A stretch of 64,000 bases of DNA from a virus (lineage: Duplodnaviria; Caudoviricetes). Shown here piece by piece: positions 43,088-51,834 of the stretch. The position numbers and the translations under genes were made by a program. Each line of letters begins with the position of its first letter. Positions within the stretch are counted from its first letter, which is position 1. The notes beneath the pieces are model-generated. The model was given only the letters and a program-made list of their open reading frames with translations, was not told where the DNA came from and ran no database searches. Where the stretch lies: positions 96,001 through 160,000 of the IMG/VR virus record IMGVR_UViG_3300034161_000008; one strand, written 5' to 3'.

Positions 43088-43546
43088 TTAAATACCCAAC
43101 AGTTGGTAGAGTTCTTTGTAGAACAGTTCTTTGAGCTCTGGCGAACGGAACGTGACCCGGAGGATCTGAGACATGTAGACGCGCCGAGTACGCCCCACTG
43201 GAATGCCGCGAGCCTTGTTGGCAAGCTCTACTTCCATTATCAACTTTGCAGGAAGCCCCAACACCAGACGACGCATCAGGGTATTCAGCTGGATGTGGCC
43301 AGCGCCGGTAACTGCCATGATTACGTAACCCTGAACAGCGGTACGCTTTTCAGTGAAATGACCTTCGCAGCAGAAAGCCGTCGCCACACCCGTCAGACCG
43401 TTAAGGTACTTGATCAGCGGGATCATCAGCGGGTCAAACGTTTCAACGCCACCAGTGGAATTGATGTCGTCGTAACGCTTCTTTACAATTGCGTACGCCT
43501 CGTCAATAGAGGCGAGACCTTCAGTCGTTTCGATAGCTTGGCTCAT
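43088..43546 (-). CDS. TYW3/Taw3-like fold protein
   Basis: FDPLMIPLIKYLN...VATAFCCEGH resembles the TYW3 D..I.P....IN...T.SSCxG motif. Confidence 0.55.
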   Translation of the reverse strand: MSQAIETTEGLASIDEAYAIVKKRYDDINSTGGVETFDPLMIPLIKYLNGLTGVATAFCCEGHFTEKRTAVQGYVIMAVTGAGHIQLNTLMRRLVLGLPAKLIMEVELANKARGIPVGRTRRVYMSQILRVTFRSPELKELFYKELYQLLGI

Positions 43547-44040
43547 TTCGGACCCTTGATTTTCAGACCGCGCAGAGAGATGTTGAACTTAGCCGCCGAG
43601 ACTTCCATTTCCGTTTGGGTGAGTTGTTCCAGCAGCGTGCGAGTCCATGCCAGAGTCTGGGCGGTGGTCTTCGCTGTTGCTGCCTTGATCTTCCAGCGTT
43701 TGCACTCAGGACCCATCCGGATAGTGAATTCATCCCAGTCAGTAGACAGGTCCATCGTGGCATTGGAATCTACAAGAGACTCAGCGTAGTAACGACCCAT
43801 CCCACCTAAGATACGTGGCTGGCCACCATAACTCGGTAACTCACCGCCCAGTGCCGTAGGCTTCTGGCGGTTCCAAGGACCTTTTGGAATCATGCCACCC
43901 AGCGTCGGGTATTCGATCTGCGCATCGACACCTGCTGGGACATGTACTAACCCGCACTCGTTAGGGTGCAGCACGCGCTGTGGTTCCAATGCTGCCCGGA
44001 ACTCGTCAAGACGTTTCGGTATCTCAGTAGTCCGATTCAT
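43543..44040 (-). CDS. Hypothetical protein
   Basis: 165 aa from MNRTTE. Confidence 0.7.
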   Translation of the reverse strand: MNRTTEIPKRLDEFRAALEPQRVLHPNECGLVHVPAGVDAQIEYPTLGGMIPKGPWNRQKPTALGGELPSYGGQPRILGGMGRYYAESLVDSNATMDLSTDWDEFTIRMGPECKRWKIKAATAKTTAQTLAWTRTLLEQLTQTEMEVSAAKFNISLRGLKIKGPK

Positions 44041-44809
44041 AAAAGTCCTTTGGCGAGCTGTAGAACGCATCAAGGTGGTCAACAGGAAGATTCAGAGTCG
44101 CACGGAAGTCAGCAGGCAGGCGAGCCAGCAAACCAGTACCGCGACCACTGGCGATTACGTACTCCGCCTGGATAGCGTGGTACTCGCTTTCCGGGGTGTC
44201 CGACTCTTCTTCCGGCTGAGTCATGTAAAGGTTGGCATTAGGCCAAGGCAGACGACCTGGCTTCTTCGGTAGGGTGTGGATGCCGGTGATAGGAATCGCT
44301 GGATCTACGAACAGACCTACTTCGATCTCCACCTCATTACCTGTGAAGCCGTGCTGGTGGTAGAGGATCACACTGATCTTGGCGCTGATCTCGCCAGCAT
44401 CTTGCGTCATCTCTAGAGCCAGCGCTTCGCAGACAGACACTTCATTACGAAGAGCATTCTGGAAGGTGTAGTCAGAGCCGAGCGTAACGTAGGCCCACTC
44501 GTCTTTGTACAGCGCCACCCCGTGATACGCCAAATCAACTGGAGGCATTACTGGGCGGTCCAAGAAATCGTCGATAGTGCGCGAAACAGTTTCCACTGGA
44601 TCTGCACTGGTAATGATCGCTTCAAAGATTGCTGGTCGAATGAAGTGATTGAGTTTCGCACGCATCCGTTTGGCGAACTTGATTAGGGCTTTGGGGTCAG
44701 AGTTCGATTCCTCGATAACCCGCCACAACACCAGTAGGACATCGAGTTGCGATTTGACTTGCTTGAAATCGTACTCGTCGAATACCGATACTTGTTTTTG
44801 CTTAGCCAC
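44024..44809 (-). CDS. Hypothetical protein
   Basis: 261 aa, GTG start. Confidence 0.75.
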   Translation of the reverse strand: MAKQKQVSVFDEYDFKQVKSQLDVLLVLWRVIEESNSDPKALIKFAKRMRAKLNHFIRPAIFEAIITSADPVETVSRTIDDFLDRPVMPPVDLAYHGVALYKDEWAYVTLGSDYTFQNALRNEVSVCEALALEMTQDAGEISAKISVILYHQHGFTGNEVEIEVGLFVDPAIPITGIHTLPKKPGRLPWPNANLYMTQPEEESDTPESEYHAIQAEYVIASGRGTGLLARLPADFRATLNLPVDHLDAFYSSPKDFYESDY

Positions 44810-44856
44810 GACATTAATCCTGCGGGTTCTGTGCTCAGACTATGGTCCAAGAAGAT

Positions 44857-44883
44857 AAAAAAAGAAGGACCCGAAGGCCCCTC
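44857..44883 (-). terminator. UUCG intrinsic terminator
   Basis: GAGGGGCC-TTCG-GGTCCTTC-TTTTTTT. Confidence 0.75.
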
Positions 44884-44895
44884 TATTTGCGTTTG

Positions 44896-45465
44896 TTAGA
44901 TACCTTTCAGCAAAGCGCGCAGCCGTGCTAAGTTTTCTGCTGCTTCAGCATTCGCCGCCGACTCTTCTTCCACTTGAGTGGCTACGGCTTCCAGCTGTTC
45001 AGCAATTGCGGTAATGCCTTTGGAGAACGAGGCATGTAGTTCGTTCACCTGGATAGCCAGAGCCAGCAGTACAGTGGCGGCAGTCGGCTTTGTTTCTACA
45101 GCTTCGTCACCACGCGATGTAGTCAGGTCGATTTTGTGGGCGACCACGATTTCGGTAGCTGCTGCACGAACTGGAGCGGATTGGCTGGACATCGGTTCAA
45201 CTTCCTTCTGCGGAATAGGAGTGTTTCGGGTAACAGCGACGCGTTGGTACAGGCCGGATTGAGGCTCGCGGATCAAACCAGCATCACGCATATCCCGCAA
45301 GCAGCCGCGCAGGGTATGGCTTGCGATCTGTTGTGCGCCAGTAAGACGAATTGCCTTGTTGATCGTTGCTTCTGTCCATGGTTCAGCAATCGGGACAGCT
45401 TCAAAGATCTTGCGGGCTTGGCTTGTTTGACCCTGTAGCAGCTGCTGTTGACGTGACTCTTTCAT
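44896..45465 (-). CDS. Winged-helix DNA-binding protein with C-terminal coiled coil
   Basis: AAGGAAAG RBS, then MKESRQQQLLQGQTSQARKIFEAVP; LRGCLRDMRDAGLIREPQSGLYQRV wHTH. Confidence 0.75.
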   Translation of the reverse strand: MKESRQQQLLQGQTSQARKIFEAVPIAEPWTEATINKAIRLTGAQQIASHTLRGCLRDMRDAGLIREPQSGLYQRVAVTRNTPIPQKEVEPMSSQSAPVRAAATEIVVAHKIDLTTSRGDEAVETKPTAATVLLALAIQVNELHASFSKGITAIAEQLEAVATQVEEESAANAEAAENLARLRALLKGI

Positions 45466-45513
45466 CCCAGCTTTCCTTAATTCTTGTCGTAACACATAGT
45501 ACATCGAAGGTGT

Positions 45514-45541
45514 AAAAAAGGAGGGGGTCACTACCCCCTCC
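45514..45541 (-). terminator. Intrinsic terminator
   Basis: GGAGGGGG stem followed by T6 on minus. Confidence 0.8.
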
Positions 45542-45547
45542 CGTACA

Positions 45548-46006
45548 TCAGATTGCCTTGCGGTGACGCCAGTACATGTGCGCTGGCGAAGCCATCAACA
45601 ACACGACAGAGATCCACAGACCCATTGGGCCTTGGATCAGTGCAGTAGGCAGAAGCATCACGATGATCATGCCGAAGGTGATCAGGTAAACGAAGTAGTT
45701 CCAGTAAGGAGCCACAGCCACTTCCTTCTCGCGATCAGTACCCATCCGAGCATCGATCTGTTGAGCGCCTTCGTCAGTGTTCAGCCACTTGAAAGCACAC
45801 CAGCCGTAGACCAGCGAAAAGACATAGAGGAACACCATGCCCAGCTGATAGCCGGCGATGCCGCAGAAACCCACGATCAGCGATACGAGGATCGCAGCAC
45901 CGAGGCCTTGCTTGAAGTGCTTGGCGGTTTCCTTCTGAGCTACGTCAGAAATGGTGTTGCCAGCCAGGAAGTTGCCCAGCTGAGTTACAGTGTTGAATGC
46001 GCCCAT
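45548..46006 (-). CDS. Integral membrane protein (about 4 TM)
   Basis: Four hydrophobic segments; AGGAA RBS. Confidence 0.8.
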   Translation of the reverse strand: MGAFNTVTQLGNFLAGNTISDVAQKETAKHFKQGLGAAILVSLIVGFCGIAGYQLGMVFLYVFSLVYGWCAFKWLNTDEGAQQIDARMGTDREKEVAVAPYWNYFVYLITFGMIIVMLLPTALIQGPMGLWISVVLLMASPAHMYWRHRKAI

Positions 46007-46017
46007 TGCAGTATTCC

Positions 46018-46323
46018 TTATACGTCGAATTGGAGTTTCTCAAGTACACGCGCAGCATGCGGTGCATCATGAGAGGAGTGAGTGCCCAGGGTAGCAATCT
46101 CGAGAGACTGCGGAATATAGCCTTGGCGACCCAGTTGTTCAAACACGTCCATGATCGTTTCGTCACTAGCATCCGCCAGCACTTCAGGACGATCAAAAGA
46201 CAAACCCAGCTTCAACAGCTTGCCCGAAGCATCCCGGACAAACGCAGTGCCGTGTTGCGTGGTAGGGGTATCAGTATCGATAACCTCTACGCGGGTTTTA
46301 GGTGCACGAAAGAGAGACCACAT
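46018..46323 (-). CDS. Hypothetical protein, paralog family B (copy 1)
   Basis: HGTAFVR...FDRPEVLADASDETIMDVFEQLGRQGYIPQSL. Confidence 0.75.
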   Translation of the reverse strand: MWSLFRAPKTRVEVIDTDTPTTQHGTAFVRDASGKLLKLGLSFDRPEVLADASDETIMDVFEQLGRQGYIPQSLEIATLGTHSSHDAPHAARVLEKLQFDV

Positions 46324-46682
46324 TAGTTAGCCCCCACTTTAGGTTTTGCAGTAGTGCCAATCAACATGCCGTGATGCTTGGCATTCAGTTCGCGAAGAGA
46401 CTCCAGTGAGCCAAACTCGCCCAACAACTTTCGGACAGGCACAGTCAGGAAAAACTCCTTGGCATGGTCGCCGCCTTGGATAACCCAACCTTCCCGAACG
46501 ATCGCACCTTTGATCTGTGCGATGGTGTTATTCTCGATACGGCTGGTTTCTGCATACGCCCGCAATTCCTCGCGAGTGAAGGCAACCGTAATGTCTTCCA
46601 GATTACGCAAGCGCAGATTCAGGCGCAGGCGTTTCTTGACAGCCGAGACAATCCAATGGGTGAGCGTTTCGCGTTGAGACAT
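46323..46682 (-). CDS. Hypothetical protein
   Basis: 119 aa. Confidence 0.7.
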   Translation of the reverse strand: MSQRETLTHWIVSAVKKRLRLNLRLRNLEDITVAFTREELRAYAETSRIENNTIAQIKGAIVREGWVIQGGDHAKEFFLTVPVRKLLGEFGSLESLRELNAKHHGMLIGTTAKPKVGAN

Positions 46683-46745
46683 TGTTACGATTCCTACTTG
46701 TAGTAAAGGTGAGGGGGCTAGGTTGGCCCTTCGCCCCCGAGGGTA

Positions 46746-47168
46746 TTACGCCGCGACCTGGAGGGCCTCGGTTAACTCTGCTGCTGGCTCAATTGCCTTT
46801 TCGATCCAGACTTCATTGTCTTTCACGAAACGCACTGTGCCAACGAGGTGCCGCGAATCAGTGTATTGATCGCAGCACACGACCGTACCATTGGGCAGGG
46901 AGTTCAGAATGTCCTCCCAGTTGCTCGCCGGTACTGGTTCGGATTGACCCGCTACTGTGTAACCTACTTCGAGGAAACCCAGATTCTTGCGGATCACTGG
47001 TTTGGGCGGGCTCAACAGCGGGGTGGCGATGATCCCGAAGCTGATGCCCAAGAACTCGCGCGGGGCGTTGTTCTTGATTTCTTCACACACCCACGGACGG
47101 GTATCAACCACGTTGCCTTCGTGGATGAACTGAGCGAAACGGTGTTTGCGGATGAATTCTTTAAGCAT
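46746..47168 (-). CDS. Hypothetical protein
   Basis: 140 aa, AAGGA RBS. Confidence 0.7.
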   Translation of the reverse strand: MLKEFIRKHRFAQFIHEGNVVDTRPWVCEEIKNNAPREFLGISFGIIATPLLSPPKPVIRKNLGFLEVGYTVAGQSEPVPASNWEDILNSLPNGTVVCCDQYTDSRHLVGTVRFVKDNEVWIEKAIEPAAELTEALQVAA

Positions 47169-47388
47169 GGTCGTTTTCCTTGTAGATCAGGTTGTATTCC
47201 TGGAGTGTACGTTCCAGGGCGGGGTTACGAGGGAAAGTCGCAAAAGGTAGGAAGGAGAGTTGATCACCTTCGAAATCACCTTCCACGGGTTCGTGCGAGA
47301 TACTGCGGGACAACCTATCAATAGCCGCTTGTTCACGGAGCGTAAGTTCGCGAGGCGGCTTTACTTTTTGGATGATGATACTACGCAT
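47161..47388 (-). CDS. Hypothetical protein
   Basis: 75 aa, AAGGAG RBS. Confidence 0.65.
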   Translation of the reverse strand: MRSIIIQKVKPPRELTLREQAAIDRLSRSISHEPVEGDFEGDQLSFLPFATFPRNPALERTLQEYNLIYKENDHA

Positions 47389-47405
47389 TGTTGCTCCTTG
47401 CGAAT

Positions 47406-47440
47406 AAAAAAGCCCGGAGTATTAACTCAAGAGACGGGCT
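47406..47440 (-). terminator. Intrinsic terminator
   Basis: AGCCCG...CGGGCT stem followed by T6 on minus. Confidence 0.7.
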
Positions 47441-47459
47441 ACGGAAATCGTGGGGAGCG

Positions 47460-47627
47460 CTACTCCCCGTTGATAGCTTTGCAGATCGATACGGACTTAC
47501 TCATCTGAGAGGTGCCCTGTGTTGGGCATGAAGGTTTCTCAAATGCGGCGATAGCGACCAGTGTTGCTGCGAGGGCTGCAAACACGCCAGCCACGATCAG
47601 CTTGTGGAGCGGGTTGACGTCAGCCAT
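47460..47627 (-). CDS. Small membrane/exported protein with two Cys (missing from the ORF track)
   Basis: TAAGGAGA RBS; MADVNPLHKLIVAGVFAALAATLVAIAAFEKPSCPTQGTSQMSKSVSICKAINGE. Confidence 0.7.
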   Translation of the reverse strand: MADVNPLHKLIVAGVFAALAATLVAIAAFEKPSCPTQGTSQMSKSVSICKAINGE

Positions 47628-47639
47628 GTTGCGTTCTCC

Positions 47640-47984
47640 TTAGAGGGCGTAGAGTTTCGGTTCGCCGTTTACACGGACTTCGATGTGCATGAGCTCGTAA
47701 CCGAGGTCACGCATTTGTTCGTAGATACCGCGGATGGTGCTACGGCTAGGTTCAGCCAGCAGGTCCGGTTTGTCAGCACGGAAGTTACGAGCGGTGTAAC
47801 CTTCGTGGTCTTGCTCGGTACGTTCAATCTTGCGAACCCAGACAGCGCCGTGTGCAGCGTGCGGGCACATTTGATCGTTCAGGGCCAGGCTTACAGTTTT
47901 AGCGCGCAGAAATTTCAACATTAGATAACACTCCGAAAGCGGGCTTGGGCGAGATTGCTTAGCCACTGGAAACAACGTTCTCAA
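47640..47984 (-). CDS. Hypothetical protein, paralog family B (copy 2)
   Basis: HGAVWVR...FRADKPDLLAEPSRSTIRGIYEQMRDLGY. Confidence 0.75.
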   Translation of the reverse strand: MRTLFPVAKQSRPSPLSECYLMLKFLRAKTVSLALNDQMCPHAAHGAVWVRKIERTEQDHEGYTARNFRADKPDLLAEPSRSTIRGIYEQMRDLGYELMHIEVRVNGEPKLYAL

Positions 47985-48172
47985 CTAAAGACTCGCTTGG
48001 CTGCGTAAAGTAGCAAAGCGATACCACCACCAGCCGCCAGGCTAGAGCTAGTCGCGTAGAACACAATGGCTTTCGCTGTTTGGTGAGGATCGTTACGGAA
48101 GCCATTGACCGCCATCCAGAGCAGCAAAGCAGCCAAAGAACAAAGGAAGAAGACTACGTATTTGTCATCCAT
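47981..48172 (-). CDS. Small 2-TM membrane protein
   Basis: 63 aa, two hydrophobic helices. Confidence 0.7.
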   Translation of the reverse strand: MDDKYVVFFLCSLAALLLWMAVNGFRNDPHQTAKAIVFYATSSSLAAGGGIALLLYAAKRVFS

Positions 48173-48501
48173 CAGTCAGCCGCCTTATAGCTCTGGATGC
48201 TGTGTGGCAGGTAACCTTGGTTAACAGCCTGGGTCCAGATGTGGTAGATCACATCCGGGGTCATTACTGGTGCGTGCTCGCAACCGACGAAAGCGAAACG
48301 CACCGGCGAGTTGTCCAGCTTGAACTCGCGGTTGGTTACGACGATCACGCCGTGGCTAACCATGCCAGCAGTCTTACGGTGGAAAGCAACCGAGAGGTCA
48401 TAGACCGTCTTGGTTTTGGCCTTCCGGGAAAACAGGTTTTTCAGAGCACCCAACAGGGATGGTTGCACTGGAACTCGGATAGCATTTGGAAGAGTTTGCA
48501 T
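48172..48501 (-). CDS. Hypothetical protein, paralog family B (copy 3)
   Basis: HGVIVV...F...PDVIYHIWTQAVNQGYLPHSI. Confidence 0.7.
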   Translation of the reverse strand: MQTLPNAIRVPVQPSLLGALKNLFSRKAKTKTVYDLSVAFHRKTAGMVSHGVIVVTNREFKLDNSPVRFAFVGCEHAPVMTPDVIYHIWTQAVNQGYLPHSIQSYKAAD

Positions 48502-48826
48502 GGTATTGCTCCGTGAAAGAGAGGGTAGTTCCTAATGGCCAAATGACCACATTGTGTTTGTCGGTCTTGATGACCAATCTTTTCCAGCCTTTTTCATCTG
48601 CTTCGCCCGTGCAGGTGTAGCCGCCGTAGCGATGTACGCCAAGCACGCCCAGTACATCAAAGCGTGCTTCAGCGCCCTCACCGTTCTGGAACATCTTGCG
48701 AACCAGATTCACGATGGTTTTTTCAACAACTACTTCTTTGTCTTGCGACAGGTCCAGGTAGTCCAGCAGAGTAAACAAAGCGCTGTACTTCGGACGTGGG
48801 ACGGATAGTACAGACACTTCATTCAT
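48398..48826 (-). CDS. Hypothetical protein
   Basis: 142 aa, AAGGAGG RBS. Confidence 0.7.
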   Translation of the reverse strand: MNEVSVLSVPRPKYSALFTLLDYLDLSQDKEVVVEKTIVNLVRKMFQNGEGAEARFDVLGVLGVHRYGGYTCTGEADEKGWKRLVIKTDKHNVVIWPLGTTLSFTEQYHANSSKCYPSSSATIPVGCSEKPVFPEGQNQDGL

Positions 48827-48875
48827 TGTAACCTCCTTAATGCAGTGGGTTAAGTAAACTGATGCTAATGCTCAA

Positions 48876-48907
48876 GTGTAGAATATGTGTTTATAATCCG
48901 TTTCAAT
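48876..48907 (-). promoter_or_regulatory. Putative bipartite early promoter ATTG-N15-ACATATTCTACAC
   Basis: Same core and spacing at 52539-52570. Confidence 0.55.
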
Positions 48908-48914
48908 CCTACTT

Positions 48915-49298
48915 TTAGATACCTATTGATTTCTTCAAACGTTGCATGAAAGAAGGCTTAGGTTCGTTAGCCTCAACCTCGCCGCGTGCCAGCCAAATAT
49001 AGAGACTGTCGTAGCAAGCCTTTTCACGCCAGCAGATCTTGTTGTTGTGCGGGGTGAAGAAGTAGCGTCGAGGGATTGCCTCGAACGCCAAACGCCAGCA
49101 CGCTTTGGTATCCAGATCCTTGTGCTCCTTGCGAATGTACGCCACCACATCGTCCAAAGTCTTGCGAGGCAAGTCCTTAGGGATGTAGATCTCTGGTTCT
49201 TCGCCGACGCCCCACTTCATGTCTTTGGGGGCAACTTTAGTTTTTGCAGTTGTATCAGCCACGGGAAACCTCCTTAGGCGTGTTGTTAACAAGGACAT
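48915..49298 (-). CDS. Hypothetical protein
   Basis: 127 aa (start may be the GTG after AGGAGG). Confidence 0.65.
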   Translation of the reverse strand: MSLLTTRLRRFPVADTTAKTKVAPKDMKWGVGEEPEIYIPKDLPRKTLDDVVAYIRKEHKDLDTKACWRLAFEAIPRRYFFTPHNNKICWREKACYDSLYIWLARGEVEANEPKPSFMQRLKKSIGI

Positions 49299-49347
49299 CC
49301 CTGTAAGTATCCCGAGAGCCCACTCGTGAGAATGGACTCGAGGATAC

Positions 49348-49710
49348 TTACAGCAAGGACGCAGAGACAGTCAGCGTACGGTCTTCATCATTGCCGGATT
49401 CTTCGTCGGCAGGGATTTTGATCTGTACGTAGTTCATGTACGGTTCGTCTGGATCGCGTTGTTCTTGCGCGTGAAACCCAGCCACTGCCAGACGGCGCAG
49501 CGCTTGGGTGTTCACTTTACCGTCGGGGCGAAAGATCGCATCGACAACAACCTTTTCGATCTCGGTGACTGCTTCGCGAACTTCTTCGCTACCACAGCAC
49601 AGCAGATACCCGTCGTTGTTGATCTCGTGACCTTCGTCCATTTCGTTGACTGAGGTCGTTTGCAACTCTTGAAGCAGTGGGATCAGATCGCCGGTGTTGT
49701 ATGGTTGCAT
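49348..49710 (-). CDS. Hypothetical protein, paralog family C (copy 1)
   Basis: VVDAIFRPDGKVNTQALRRLAVAGFH. Confidence 0.7.
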   Translation of the reverse strand: MQPYNTGDLIPLLQELQTTSVNEMDEGHEINNDGYLLCCGSEEVREAVTEIEKVVVDAIFRPDGKVNTQALRRLAVAGFHAQEQRDPDEPYMNYVQIKIPADEESGNDEDRTLTVSASLL

Positions 49711-49722
49711 GGTATTGCTCCG

Positions 49723-50034
49723 TTAAATGCCAGAGAATTCTTGGCCGCGTGATTTGAAGGTGATATTGAACCGGTCGTCGATGTAGACCTCTCCGTACCA
49801 GAAGTCTGGAAAATCTTTGACCGGTTTTCTTACGATGTCCACACGAATGCCCTGACTCCGCAACCACTCAAGATTCTGAGGGGCTGGTTCACCGGGTTCA
49901 ATGAGCAAGACTTCATCAGCCAGCTCCATGATTTGATCGTGCAGATTTTCTGGGTCGTTCCAGAAACCTTGCTCTGCCAGAAGCAGAGTCTTTTCTTTCA
50001 GTTCGACAAGTTTGTCGGAAGGGACGAAAGTCAT
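49723..50034 (-). CDS. Hypothetical protein, paralog family C (copy 2)
   Basis: LADEVLLIEPGEPAPQNLEWLRSQGIRV. Confidence 0.7.
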   Translation of the reverse strand: MTFVPSDKLVELKEKTLLLAEQGFWNDPENLHDQIMELADEVLLIEPGEPAPQNLEWLRSQGIRVDIVRKPVKDFPDFWYGEVYIDDRFNITFKSRGQEFSGI

Positions 50035-50579
50035 TGTGCCACCTCAAAACGTTTCTCAGCACCGTTCGGACATTTAACTTGCATGTCATCAGTGATGCAG
50101 TTGAAGATCAGGATGTCAGCCTTTGGGTGGTCTTTGTACCACTGTTGCTGAACTTCCATCTTTTGTTTGAACTTCATTTCATTGTAGCCAGCTGCTAAGA
50201 ACGGGAGGCACAACACGCCCAGAACCAGCAGGATAAAGCCGATCTCTTTGAGGTAGTTCTTTTTAGGAGCTACGTACATTGGGAACGGCTTTGGCGGAAG
50301 TCGTTTAACCCACGTGATGTGGTACTCGTCGTTGCCATGACAAACAACATCAGCACCGACCATATCGGCCAATACCCAGAAAGCCTCTTCCAGATCTGAG
50401 TTGCTGATGTGGGTGGGGGCAACAAAGCCCACCACGCGAACTGCGTCTGCTTCCATGACGTAGTCCATGAATACGCCGTTGTAGTCGACTGTGTCACAAG
50501 CGTGACCTTGTGTGGAGCGAACTCTCATTTCGCCCAAAGTGATTGCGTCTGCACGTGTTGCTAGGATTTCATGTTTCAT
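50031..50579 (-). CDS. Membrane protein with a small C-terminal Cys-pair domain
   Basis: IGFILLVLGVLCLPFLAAG TM; C-x8-C at the C-terminus. Confidence 0.7.
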   Translation of the reverse strand: MKHEILATRADAITLGEMRVRSTQGHACDTVDYNGVFMDYVMEADAVRVVGFVAPTHISNSDLEEAFWVLADMVGADVVCHGNDEYHITWVKRLPPKPFPMYVAPKKNYLKEIGFILLVLGVLCLPFLAAGYNEMKFKQKMEVQQQWYKDHPKADILIFNCITDDMQVKCPNGAEKRFEVAQ

Positions 50580-50614
50580 CTTTTTTCTCCAATTGATTAA
50601 TTATTTTTGTAGCA

Positions 50615-50650
50615 TAAAGCCAGCCCCATTGGGCTGGCTCTTATTACGGT
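50615..50650. repeat. 36-bp direct repeat copy 1 (terminator hairpin)
   Basis: TAAAGCCAGCCCCATTGGGCTGGCTCTTATTACGGT. Confidence 0.9.
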
Positions 50651-50651
50651 G

Positions 50652-51812
50652 TTAAAGATTGACCAAGAAACGATAAGTACGCCCTTGTGGGCCGTTAAAC
50701 GTTAGATCGGTCAAACTGGTGAACACTTCGTTCTTCTCGATCGTAATGCCGTAGAGGTTATCTGCGAACTGACCAAGCAGGCGGTAGTTGTCAATGTCGA
50801 TCAATTCCTTAATCGTTACTGACTTCAGTGCCTCATTCATGCCAATGCGCGCAGCTTCGGGTACAGCGATGCCATAGTAGCAATCAGCACCTGTGTCCTT
50901 GGCAGCCTCACGCATCTTGAACAGAGGCGGAGTAGCGTCAGTCATGACGTAGAAACCACGGTACATGTCCGTAGGCAACAACCCGAAAGGCTTGTCGAAA
51001 GTCTGGATGACTTCGCGCAGCTTACGGATGTAGTCTTCCGGTACGTTAGCCATTGCAGCCTTTACCATCCCGCGATAGGACTTATGGCGTGCTTGGTTAT
51101 AGCCGCGCAGCCATGGATACATCTCGTGCAGCTGAGTGTAACCGTTATAGCCCCACTCGCAGATGTCTGCAAACTTCTTGGCCAGCGTGGTGTCTGGACC
51201 AAACTTGTCGGCAGCCTCCTGAGTCAGCTGCTTGCGGTGAGCCTCACCCGCACGCCAAGTCGAACCACAGTCAGACATCCGGTGGCTCCAGTCGATGTTC
51301 TCCACACGCAACACGAACTGTTCTTCCTCATCAAGTTCGCGGTTGCCATATTCGAGAATGTCCTGATACTCGAGCTGTTCATCAAGGCTCAGATAGTCAC
51401 GACGCAGCTCTGGCTTGACGCGCATCTTCTTGGCCAGTTGCTGACGCTGCCAGTCATCAAGGATCTTGAACGCTGGCTCGTTGCTGTGCTCCAACCGCAC
51501 CCGCAGTGATTGCAGGGCGATGCATTTGATTCGATTGAACGTCTCCGTGGATAGAGGCAGGCCTTCCTGAACCATCACACCATCGACTGGCAGATACACA
51601 CCACCGTAGCCATTGACCTCGGTGGCTTTGCGGCGAAGCTGTGCGTAGTTGGTCGCTGTGGTGCCAACCACGATCAAATCGCTGTGGTCTTCTGCAATAC
51701 CCGCCAAAGCAAATACAGCCGACGGACCCATCACTACAACGTCTTTATAATCCAGGCCGTTGTTCTTGATGAAGTCGTTTACTTTCCGTTCAACGCGAGA
51801 CTTACTAGGCAT
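50652..51812 (-). CDS. Multidomain hypothetical protein; N-terminus nucleotidyltransferase-like (degenerate)
   Basis: VVVMGPSAVFALAGIAEDHSDL recalls V.GGAA..L.G....T.DID; central IDWSHRMSDCGSTWRAG resembles the phage DWxY.xSDD...W..G motif. Confidence 0.6.
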   Translation of the reverse strand: MPSKSRVERKVNDFIKNNGLDYKDVVVMGPSAVFALAGIAEDHSDLIVVGTTATNYAQLRRKATEVNGYGGVYLPVDGVMVQEGLPLSTETFNRIKCIALQSLRVRLEHSNEPAFKILDDWQRQQLAKKMRVKPELRRDYLSLDEQLEYQDILEYGNRELDEEEQFVLRVENIDWSHRMSDCGSTWRAGEAHRKQLTQEAADKFGPDTTLAKKFADICEWGYNGYTQLHEMYPWLRGYNQARHKSYRGMVKAAMANVPEDYIRKLREVIQTFDKPFGLLPTDMYRGFYVMTDATPPLFKMREAAKDTGADCYYGIAVPEAARIGMNEALKSVTIKELIDIDNYRLLGQFADNLYGITIEKNEVFTSLTDLTFNGPQGRTYRFLVNL

Positions 51813-51834
51813 GACATTCTTCCTTAGACGGGTT

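Noticed and set aside
48398-48501. 104-nt gene overlap
   Set aside because: The downstream gene has its own GGAG RBS, and the overlapping tail looks like neutral read-through
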